Assembly (NCBI GenBank): GCA_964016885.1
Contig: OZ024740.1
Location: 92,938,001 to 93,002,000, forward strand
Reading direction: 5' to 3'
DNA: 64,000 bases
Source: Eledone cirrhosa
Lineage: Eukaryota
Shown: in pieces, positions 52,301 to 64,000 of the stretch
Layout of the letters: each line of letters begins with the position of its first letter
Position numbering within the stretch: the stretch's first letter is position 1
Notes under the pieces: model-generated
What the model was told of the DNA's origin: nothing
What the model saw: the letters and a program-made list of their open reading frames with translations, nothing else
The model's database searches: none
Position numbers and translations under genes: made by a program

Positions 52301-53255
52301 TTTTTTAATTTTTTAATTCTTCATAGAGCTTAAAAGTGACCAGTTGCACCATGTATATATCTGTAACTTTATGTAATGTTAACATTTATATTTGATAATC
52401 TCCCGATAGGTTGAGATTAAATTTGGCGATATTTGGCTGCGCTTTCTAGCAGCAAGCCTACCCACCGTAAGCAACCAATCACATTATTTCTGGCTTGACC
52501 ACAGCCACATAGCGATTCTTAGCCTATTTTGAATCTATTTTTGGCGGGATCGGATTGAAAAGCTAGATGTCTGATTTTGAGTTTGTCTCCTGATGAATCC
52601 TAACTCAGGACATTCCTATTATTTGGATGTCTAAAAATAAGGAAGAAACCATGGTAGAGATATAATTACGGTATGTAACATTTATTCTAAGTTTAATTTT
52701 ACACGTAATTGTGTATGGTTGATGATATATTTAGTCAGTTTCTACATGCTGTCGAAATGTTGGATGAATACTCGATCGAGGCCACCGCGAAGAGGCTACG
52801 TTCGGCTATTTGTCGGAGATTTCTCCATAAGAGCCTTTCTTCTTATAGTTTGGTCTAATTGATTTTTTATATGGTTACTTATGCAAATTAGAAGAAGAAA
52901 TAGTATATATTTTATCTGATGATTCTAAAGACATGATTTATGATATATCGCTCTGATTTTTAATTTATTAATTCTTTATAGAGCTTGAAAGTGACCAGTT
53001 GCAACATGTATATATCTATAACTTTATGTATATGTTAACCTTTATATTTAATAATCTCCCGATAGATTGAAGTTAAATTTGGCAATATTTGGCTGCGCTT
53101 TCTAGCAGCAAGCCTACCCGCCGTAAGCAACCAATCACATTATTTCTGGCTTGACCACAGCCACATAGAGATTCTTAGCCATTTTTGAATCTATTTTTGG
53201 TGGGATCGGATTGAAAAGCTAGATGTCTGATTCAGAGTTTGTCTCCTGATGAATA

Positions 53256-56200
53256 GTAACTCAGGACATTCCTGTTATTTGGATGTCTAAAAATAAGGAA
53301 GAAACCATGGTAGAGATATAATTACGGTATGTACGAATTTCTTCTAAGTTTAATTTTACACCTAATTGTGTATGGTTGATGATATATTTAATCAGTTTCT
53401 ACATGCTGTCGAAATATTGGATGAATACTCGATCGAGGCCACCGCGAAGAGGCTACGTTCGGCTATTTGTCGGAGATTTCTCCATAAGAGCCTTTCTTCT
53501 TATAGTTTGGTCTAATTGATTTTTTATATGGTTACTTATGAAAATTAGAAGAAGAAATAGTATATATTTTATCTGATGATTCTAAAGACATGATTTATGA
53601 TATATCGCTCTGATTTTTAATTTATTAATTCTTCATAGAGCTTGAAAGTGACCAGTTGCAACATGTATATATCTATAACTTTATGTATATGTTAACCTTT
53701 ATATTTAATAATCTCCCGATAGATTGAAGTTAAATTTGGTAATATTTGGCTCCGCTTTCTAGCAGCAAGCCTACCCGCCGTAAGCATCAATCACATTATT
53801 TTTGGCTTGACCACAGCCACATAGCGATTCTTAGCCTATTTTGAATCTATTTTTGGCGGGATCGGATTGAAAAGCTAGATGTCTGATTTTGAGATTGTCT
53901 CCTGATGAATCCTAACTCAGGACATTCCTATTATTTGGATGTCTAAAAATAAGGAAGAAACCATGGTAGAGATATACATACGATATGTACGCATTTCTTC
54001 TAAGTTTAATTTTAGACCTAATTGTGTATGGTTGATGATATATTTAGTCAGTTTCTACATGCTGTCGAAATGTTGGATAAATACTCGATCGGGGCCACCG
54101 TGAAGAGGCAACGTTCGGCTATTTGTCGGAGATTTCTCCATAAGGGCCTTTCTTCTGATAGCTTGGTCTAATTGATATTTTATATGGTTAATTATGCTAA
54201 TTAGAAGAAGAAATAGTATATATTTTATCTGAATTCTAAAGACATGATTTATGATATATTGCACTGATTTTTTTTTTTTTTATTTATTAATTCTTCATAT
54301 AGCCTAAAAGTGACCAGTTGCAACATGTATATATCTATAACTTTATATATATGTTAACCTTTATATTTAATAATCTCCCGATAGGTTGAGATAAAATTTG
54401 GCGATATTTGGCTGCGCATTCTAGCACCAAACCTACCCGCCGTAAGCAACCAATCACATTCTTTCTGGCTTGACCACAGCCACATAGCGATTCTTAGCCA
54501 ATTTTGAATCTATTTTTGGCGGGATCGGATTGAAAAGCTAGATGTCTGATCTTGAGTTTGTCTCCTGATGAACAGTAACTCAGGACATTCCTATTATTTG
54601 GATGTCTAAAAATAAGGAAGAAACCATGGTAGAGATATAATTACGATATGTACGCATTTCTTCTAAGTTTAATTTTAGACCTAATTGTGTATGGTTGATG
54701 ATATATTTAGTCAGTTTCTACATGCTGTCGAAATGTTGGATAAATACTCGATCGGGGCCACCGTGAAGAGGCTACGTTCGGCTATTTGTCGGAGATTTCT
54801 CCATAAGAGCCTTTCTTCTTATAGATTGGTCGAATTGATTTTTTATATGGTTAATTATGCTAATTAGAAGAAGAAATAGTATATATTTTATCTGATGATT
54901 CTCAAGATATGATTTATGATATATTGCTCTGATTTTTTTTTTAATTCATTTATTAATTCTTCATATAGCCTAAAAGTGACCAGTTGCAACATGTATATAT
55001 CTATAACTTTATGTATATGTTAACCTTTATATTTAATAATCTCCCGATAGATTGAAGTTAAATTTGGCAATATTTGGCTGCGCTTTCTAGCAGCAAGCCT
55101 ACCCGCTGTAAGCAACCAATCACATTATTTCTGGCTTGACCACAGCCACATAGAGATTCTTAGCCATTTTGGAATCTATTTTTGGTGGGATCGGATTGAA
55201 AAGCTAGATGTCTGATCTTGAGTTTGTCTCCTGATGAACAGTAACTCAGGACATTCCTGTTATTTGGATGTCTAAAAATAAGGAAGAAACCATGGTAGAG
55301 ATATAATTACGGTATGTCCGAATTTCTTCTAAGTTTAATTTTACACCTAATTGTGTATGGCTGATGATATATTTAGTCAGTTTCTACATGCTGTCGAAAT
55401 GTTGGATAAATACTCGATCGGGGCCACCGCGAAGGGGCTACGTTCGGCTATTTGTCGGAGATTTCTCCATAAGAGCCTTTCTTCTTATAGCTTGGTCTAA
55501 GTGATTTTTTATATGGTTACTTATGCTAATTAGAAGAAGAAATATTATATATTTTATCTGATGATTCTAAAGACATGATTTATGATATATTGCTCAGATT
55601 TTTTAATTTATTAATTCTTCATAGAGCTTAAAAGTGACCAGTTGCAACATGTATATATCTATAACTTTATATATATGTTAAGCTCTATATTTAATAATCT
55701 CCCGATAGTTTGAGATTACATTTGGCGATATTTGGCTGCGCTTTCTAGCAGCAAGCCTACCCGACGTAAGCAACCAATCACATTCTTTCTGGTTTGACCA
55801 CAGCGACATAGCGATTCTTAGACATTTTTGAATCTATTTTTGGCGGGATCGGATTGAAAAACTAGATGTCTGATTTTGAGTTTTTCTCCTGATGAATAGT
55901 AACTCAGGACATTCCTATTATTTGGATGTCTAAAAATAAGGAAGAAACCATGGTAGAGATATAATTACGATATGTACGCATTTCTTCTAAGTTTAATTTT
56001 ACACCTAATTGTGTATGGTTGATGATATATTTAGTCAGTTTCTACATGCTGTCGAAATGTTGGATAAATACGCGATCGGGGCCACCGCGAAGAGGCAACG
56101 TTCGGCTATTCGTCAGAAATTTCTCCATAAGAGCCTTTCTTCTTATAGCTTGGTCTAATTGGTTTTTTTATATGGTTAATTATGCTAATTAGAAAAGAAA

Positions 56201-59200
56201 TAGTATATATTTTATCTGATGGTACTAAAGACATGATTTATGATATATTGCTCTGATTTTTAATTTATTAATTCTTCATAGAGCTTAAAAGTGACCAGTT
56301 GCAACATGTATATATCTATAACTTTATATATATGTTAAGCTCTATATTTAATAATCTCCCGATAGTTTGAGATTACATTTGGCGATATTTGGTTGCGCTT
56401 TCTAGCAGCAAGCCTAGCCGCCGTAAGCAACCAATCACATTATTTCTGGCTTGACCAAAGCCACATAGCGATTCTTAGCCATTTTTGAATCTATATTTGG
56501 TGGGATCGGATTGAAAAGCTAGATGTCTGATCTTGAGTTTGTCTCCTGATGAATCCTAACTCAGGACATTCCCATTATTTGGATGTCTAAAAATAAGGAA
56601 GAAAACATGGTAGAGATATAATTACGGTATGTACGCATTTCTTCTAAGTTTAATTTTACACCTAATTGTGTATGGTTGATGATATATTTAGTCAGTTACT
56701 ACATGCTGTCGAAATGTTGGATAAATACTCGATCGGGGCCACCGCGAAGGGGCTACGTTCGGCTATTTGTCGGAGATTTCTCCATAAGAGCCTTTCTTCT
56801 TATAGCTTGGTCTAAGTGATTTTTTATATGGTTACTTATACTAATTAGAAGAAGAAATAGTATATATTTTATCTGATGATTCTAAAGACATGATTTATGA
56901 TATATTGCGCTGATTTTTTTTTTTTTTATTTATTAATTCTTCATAGAGCTTAAAAGTGACCAGTTGCAACATGTATATATCTATAACTTTATCTAAATGT
57001 TAACCTCTATATTTAATAATCTCCCGATAGGTTGAGATTAAATTTGGCAATATTTGGCTGCGCTTTCTAGCAGCAAGCCTACCCGCCGTAAGCAACCAAT
57101 CACATTATTTCTGGCTTGACCACAGCTATATAGAGATTCTTAGCCATTTTTGAATCTATTTTTGGTGGGATCGGATTGAAAAGCTAGATGTCTGATCTTG
57201 AGTTTGTCTCCTGATGAACAGTAACTCAGGACATTCCTGTTATTTGGATGTCTAAAAATAAGGAAGAAACCATGGTAGAGATATAATTACGGTATGTACG
57301 AATTTCTTCTAAGTTTAATTTTACACCTAATTGTGTATGGTTGATGATATATTTAATCAGTTTCTACATGCTGTCGAAATATTGGATGAATACTCGATCG
57401 AGGCCACCGCGAAGAGGCTACGTTCGGCTATTTGTCGGAGATTTCTCCATAAGAGCCTTTCTTCTTATAGTTTGGTCTAATTGATTTTTTATATGGTTAC
57501 TTATGAAAATTAGAAGAAGAAATAGTATATATTTTATCTGATGATTCTAAAGACATGATTTATGATATATCGCTCTGATTTTTAATTTATTAATTCTTCA
57601 TAGAGCTTGAAAGTGACCAGTTGCAACATGTATATATCTATAACTTTATGTATATGTTAACCTTTATATTTAATAATCTCCCGATAGATTGAAGTTAAAT
57701 TTGGTAATATTTGGCTCCGCTTTCTAGCAGCAAGCCTACCCGCCGTAAGCATCAATCACATTATTTCTGGCTTGACCACAGCCACATAGCGATTCTTAGC
57801 CTATTTTGAATCTATTTTTGGCGGGATCGGATTGAAAAGCTAGATGTCTGATTTTGAGATTGTCTCCTGATGAATCCTAACTCAGGACATTCCTATTATT
57901 TGGATGTCTAAAAATAAGGAAGAAACCATGGTAGAGATATACATACGATATGTACGCATTTCTTCTAAGTTTAATTTTAGACCTAATTGTGTATGGTTGA
58001 TGATATATTTAGTCAGTTTCTACATGCTGTCGAAATGTTGGATAAATACTCGATCGGGGCCACCGTGAAGAGGCAACGTTCGGCTATTTGTCGGAGATTT
58101 CTCCATAAGGGCCTTTCTTCTGATAGCTTGGTCTAATTGATATTTTATATGGTTAATTATGCTAATTAGAAGAAGAAATAGTATATATTTTATCTGAATT
58201 CTAAAGACATGATTTATGATATATTGCACTGATTTTTTTTTTTTTTATTTATTAATTCTTCATATAGCCTAAAAGTGACCAGTTGCAACATGTATATATC
58301 TATAACTTTATATATATGTTAACCTTTATATTTAATAATCTCCCGATAGGTTGAGATAAAATTTGGCGATATTTGGCTGCGCATTCTAGCACCAAACCTA
58401 CCCGCCGTAAGCAACCAATCACATTCTTTCTGGCTTGACCACAGCCACATAGCGATTCTTAGCCAATTTTGAATCTATTTTTGGCGGGATCGGATTGAAA
58501 AGCTAGATGTCTGATCTTGAGTTTGTCTCCTGATGAACAGTAACTCAGGACATTCCTATTATTTGGATGTCTAAAAATAAGGAAGAAACCATGGTAGAGA
58601 TATAATTACGATATGTACGCATTTCTTCTAAGTTTAATTTTAGACCTAATTGTGTATGGTTGATGATATATTTAGTCAGTTTCTACATGCTGTCGAAATG
58701 TTGGATAAATACTCGATCGGGGCCACCGTGAAGAGGCTACGTTCGGCTATTTGTCGGAGATTTCTCCATAAGAGCCTTTCTTCTTATAGATTGGTCGAAT
58801 TGATTTTTTATATGGTTAATTATGCTAATTAGAAGAAGAAATAGTATATATTTTATCTGATGATTCTCAAGATATGATTTATGATATATTGCTCTGATTT
58901 TTTTTTTAATTCATTTATTAATTCTTCATATAGCCTAAAAGTGACCAGTTGCAACATGTATATATCTATAACTTTATGTATATGTTAACCTTTATATTTA
59001 ATAATCTCCCGATAGATTGAAGTTAAATTTGGCAATATTTGGCTGCGCTTTCTAGCAGCAAGCCTACCCGCTGTAAGCAACCAATCACATTATTTCTGGC
59101 TTGACCACAGCCACATAGAGATTCTTAGCCATTTTGGAATCTATTTTTGGTGGGATCGGATTGAAAAGCTAGATGTCTGATCTTGAGTTTGTCTCCTGAT

Positions 59201-61305
59201 GAACAGTAACTCAGGACATTCCTGTTATTTGGATGTCTAAAAATAAGGAAGAAACCATGGTAGAGATATAATTACGGTATGTCCGAATTTCTTCTAAGTT
59301 TAATTTTACACCTAATTGTGTATGGCTGATGATATATTTAGTCAGTTTCTACATGCTGTCGAAATGTTGGATAAATACTCGATCGGGGCCACCGCGAAGG
59401 GGCTACGTTCGGCTATTTGTCGGAGATTTCTCCATAAGAGCCTTTCTTCTTATAGCTTGGTCTAAGTGATTTTTTATATGGTTACTTATGCTAATTAGAA
59501 GAAGAAATATTATATATTTTATCTGATGATTCTAAAGACATGATTTATGATATATTGCTCAGATTTTTTAATTTATTAATTCTTCATAGAGCTTAAAAGT
59601 GACCAGTTGCAACATGTATATATCTATAACTTTATATATATGTTAAGCTCTATATTTAATAATCTCCCGATAGTTTGAGATTACATTTGGCGATATTTGG
59701 CTGCGCTTTCTAGCAGCAAGCCTACCCGACGTAAGCAACCAATCACATTCTTTCTGGTTTGACCACAGCGACATAGCGATTCTTAGACATTTTTGAATCT
59801 ATTTTTGGCGGGATCGGATTGAAAAACTAGATGTCTGATTTTGAGTTTTTCTCCTGATGAATAGTAACTCAGGACATTCCTATTATTTGGATGTCTAAAA
59901 ATAAGGAAGAAACCATGGTAGAGATATAATTACGATATGTACGCATTTCTTCTAAGTTTAATTTTACACCTAATTGTGTATGGTTGATGATATATTTAGT
60001 CAGTTTCTACATGCTGTCGAAATGTTGGATAAATACGCGATCGGGGCCACCGCGAAGAGGCAACGTTCGGCTATTCGTCAGAAATTTCTCCATAAGAGCC
60101 TTTCTTCTTATAGCTTGGTCTAATTGGTTTTTTTATATGGTTAATTATGCTAATTAGAAAAGAAATAGTATATATTTTATCTGATGGTACTAAAGACATG
60201 ATTTATGATATATTGCTCTGATTTTTAATTTATTAATTCTTCATAGAGCTTAAAAGTGACCAGTTGCAACATGTATATATCTATAACTTTATATATATGT
60301 TAAGCTCTATATTTAATAATCTCCCGATAGTTTGAGATTACATTTGGCGATATTTGGTTGCGCTTTCTAGCAGCAAGCCTAGCCGCCGTAAGCAACCAAT
60401 CACATTATTTCTGGCTTGACCAAAGCCACATAGCGATTCTTAGCCATTTTTGAATCTATATTTGGTGGGATCGGATTGAAAAGCTAGATGTCTGATCTTG
60501 AGTTTGTCTCCTGATGAATCCTAACTCAGGACATTCCCATTATTTGGATGTCTAAAAATAAGGAAGAAAACATGGTAGAGATATAATTACGGTATGTACG
60601 CATTTCTTCTAAGTTTAATTTTACACCTAATTGTGTATGGTTGATGATATATTTAGTCAGTTACTACATGCTGTCGAAATGTTGGATAAATACTCGATCG
60701 GGGCCACCGCGAAGGGGCTACGTTCGGCTATTTGTCGGAGATTTCTCCATAAGAGCCTTTCTTCTTATAGCTTGGTCTAAGTGATTTTTTATATGGTTAC
60801 TTATACTAATTAGAAGAAGAAATAGTATATATTTTATCTGATGATTCTAAAGACATGATTTATGATATATTGCGCTGATTTTTTTTTTTTTTATTTATTA
60901 ATTCTTCATAGAGCTTAAAAGTGACCAGTTGCAACATGTATATATCTATAACTTTATCTAAATGTTAACCTCTATATTTAATAATCTCCCGATAGGTTGA
61001 GATTAAATTTGGCAATATTTGGCTGCGCTTTCTAGCAGCAAGCCTACCCGCCGTAAGCAACCAATCACATTATTTCTGGCTTGACCACAGCTATATAGAG
61101 ATTCTTAGCCATTTTTGAATCTATTTTTGGTGGGATCGGATTGAAAAGCTAGATGTCTGATCTTGAGTTTGTCTCCTGATGAACAGTAACTCAGGACATT
61201 CCTGTTATTTGGATGTCTAAAAATAAGGAAGAAACCATGGTAGAGATATAATTACGGTATGTACGAATTTCTTCTAAGTTTAATTTTACACCTAATTGTG
61301 TATGG
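53256..61305 (+). repeat. Higher-order repeat: a 3965-bp six-monomer unit in two apparently identical copies
   Basis: Identical spurious ORFs are offset by 3965 (54055/58020 and 54685/58650). Monomer-specific variants recur at the same offset from ~53256 to ~57340. Confidence 0.9.
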
Positions 61306-64000
61306 CTGATGATATATTTAGTCAGTTTCTACATGCTGTCGAAATGTTGGATAAATACTCGATCGGGGCCACCGCGAAGGGGCTACGTTCGGCTATTTGT
61401 CGGAGATTTCTCCATAAGAGCCTTTCTTCTTATAGCTTGGTCTAAGTGATTTTTTATATGGTTACTTATGCTAATTAGAAGAAGAAATATTATATATTTT
61501 ATCTGATGATTCTAAAGACATGATTTATGATATATTGCTCAGATTTTTTAATTTATTAATTCTTCATAGAGCTTAAAAGTGACCAGTTGCAACATGTATA
61601 TATCTATAACTTTATATATATGTTAAGCTCTATATTTAATAATCTCCCGATAGGTTGAGATCAAATTTGGCGATATTTGGCGGCGCTTTCTAGCAGCAAG
61701 CCTACCCGCCGTAAGCAACCAATCACATTCTTTCTGGCTTGACCACAGCCACATAGCGATTCTTAGCCATTTTTGAATCTATTTTTGGCGGGATCGGATT
61801 GAAAAGCTAGATATCTGATTCTGAGTTTGTCTCCTGATGAATTCTAACTCAGGACATTCCTATTATTTGAATGTCTAAAAATAAGGAAGAAACCATGGTA
61901 GAGATATAAGTACGGTATGTACGCATTTCTTCTAAGTTTAATTTTACACCTAATTGTGTATGGTTGAAGATATATTTAGTCAGTTTCTACATGCTGTCGA
62001 AATGTTGGATAAATACTCGATCGGGGCCACCGCGAAGAGGCTACGTTCGGCTATTTGTCGGAAATTTCTCCTTAAGAGCCTTTCTTCTTATAGCTTGGTC
62101 TAATTGATTTTTTATATGGTTAATTATGATAATTAGAAGAAGAAATAGTATATATTTTATCTGATGATTCTAAAGAAATGATTTATGAAATATTGCTCTG
62201 ATTTTTAATTTATTAAATCTTCATAGAGCTTAAAATTGACCAGTTGCAACATGTATATATCTATAACTTTATGTATAAGTTAACCTCTATATTTAATAAT
62301 CTCCCGATAGGTTGAGATTAAATTTGGCGATATTTGGCTGCGCTTTCTAGCAGCAAGCCTACCCGCCGTAAGCAAACAATCACATTATTTCTGGCTTGAC
62401 CACAGCAACATATTGATTCTTAGCCATTTTTGGATCTAATTTTGGCGGGATCGGATTGAAAATCTAGATGTCTGATTTTGTGTTTGTCTCCTGATGAATG
62501 CTAACTCAGGACATTCCTATTATTTGGATGTCTAAAAATAAGGAAGAAACCATGGTAGAGATATAATTACCGTATGTACGCATTTCTTCTAAGTTTAATT
62601 TTACACCTAATTGTGTATGGTTGATGATATATTTAGTCAGTTTCTACATGCTGTCGAAATGTTGGATAAATACTCGATCGGGGCCACCGCGAAGGGGTTA
62701 CGTTCGGCTATTTGTCGGAGATTTCTCCATAAGAGCCTTTCTTCTTATAGCTTGGTCTAATTGATTTTTTATATGGTTAATTATGCTAATTAGAAGAAGA
62801 AATAGTATATATTTTATCTGATGATTCTGAATACATGATTTATGATATATTGCTCTGATTTTTTAATCTTTTCATTTATTAATTCTTCATAGAGCTGAAA
62901 AGTGACCAGTTGCAACATGTATATATCTATAACTTTATCTCTGTTAACATCTATATTTAATAATCTCCCGATAGGTTGAGATCAAATTTGGCGATATTTG
63001 GCTGCGCTTTCTAGCAGCAAGCCTAGCCGCCGTAAGCAACAAATCACATTCTTTCTGGCTTGACCACAGCAACATATTGATTCTTAGCCATTTTTGAATC
63101 TAATTTTGGCGGGATCGGATTGAAAATCTAGATGTCTGATTTTGAGTTTGTCTCCTGATGAATCCTAACTCAGGACATTCCTATTATTTGGATGTCTAAA
63201 AATAAGGAAGAAACAATGGTAGAGATATAATTACGATATGTACGCATTTCTTCTAAGTTTAATTTTAGACCTAATTGTGTATGGTTGATGATATATTTAG
63301 TCAGTTTCTACATGCTGTCGAAATGTTGGATAAATACTCGATCGGGGCCACCGCGAAGGGGCAACGTTCGGCTATTTGACGGAGATTTCTCAATAAGAGC
63401 CTTTCTTCTTGTAGCTTGGTCTAAGTGATTTTGTATATGGTTACTTATGCTAATTAGAAGAAGAAATAGTATATATTTTATCTGATGGATCTAAAGACAG
63501 TATTTATGATATATTGCTCTTATTTTTAATTTAATAATTCTTCATAGAGCTTAAAAGGGACCAGTTGCAACATGTATATATCTATAACTTTATGTATATG
63601 ATAACCTCTATATTTAATAATCTCCCGATAGGTTGAGATTAAATTTGGCGATATTTGGCTGCGCTTTCTAGCAGCAAGCCTACCCGCCGTAAGCAACCAA
63701 AAACATTCTTTCTGGCTTGACCACAGCTACATAGCGATTCTTAGCCATTATTGAATCTATTTTTGGTGGGATCTGATTGAAAAGTTAGATGTCTGATTTT
63801 GAGTTTGTCTCCTGATGAATCCTAACTCAGGACATTCCTATTATTTGTATGTCTAAAAATAAGGAAGAAACCATGGTAGAGATATAATTACGGTATGTAC
63901 GCATTTCTTCTAAGTTTAATTTTAGACCTAATTGTGTATGGTTGATGATATATTTAGTCAGTTTCTACATGCTGTCGAAATGTTGGATAAATACTCGATC

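Larger units (their letters stand above)
48475..64000 (+). repeat. ~660-bp satellite array, ~23.5 monomers running off the window, with one hammerhead motif per monomer
   Basis: HHR cores at ~48641, 49298, 49954, 50612, 51271, 51933, 52590, 53246, 53902, 54567, 55231, 55889, 56546, 57211, 57867, 58530, 59196, 59854, 60511, 61176, 61834, 62491, 63155 and 63812. Confidence 0.97.

Noticed and set aside
47775-58832. Short 60-78 aa ORFs in the 660-bp satellite, and those in the 466-bp repeat
   Set aside because: They are open in only some monomers and have no recognisable motifs. They were useful only as markers of the 3965-bp period.
48475-64000. CRISPR array, rDNA/5S or tRNA tandem cluster
   Set aside because: There are no unique spacers and no recognisable rRNA, tRNA or snRNA sequence; whole monomers repeat.

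Overview
AT-rich, microsatellite-dense animal DNA with no recognisable host gene. An octopus/cephalopod origin is inferred from a SINE remnant and the repeat profile. 5-20.7 kb is a cluster of LINEs in (TAA)n tracts: an intact single-ORF R4/Dong-type RLE retrotransposon, a decayed head-to-tail copy, and a decayed full-length L1/Tx1-type LINE on the minus strand. 20.7-48 kb is a run of fold-back (long inverted-repeat) units, most bounded by (AT)n tracts. Some carry Penelope-like element (PLE) RT/GIY-YIG remnants, others are non-coding, and many carry a type I hammerhead ribozyme (HHR) motif in each arm. The main observation is two non-coding tandem repeats with one HHR per monomer, both starting with an inverted segment next to (AT)n like the PLE insertions. 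One is a 466-bp repeat at 45.4-47.3 kb with a canonical minimal HHR. The other is a ~660-bp satellite at 47.6-64 kb with ~24 monomers and a 3965-bp six-monomer higher-order duplication. The window appears to show a series from PLE to non-coding fold-back to retrozyme-like oligomer to ribozyme satellite. All ribozyme calls are by-eye motif and pairing matches, activity is untested, and element boundaries are approximate.
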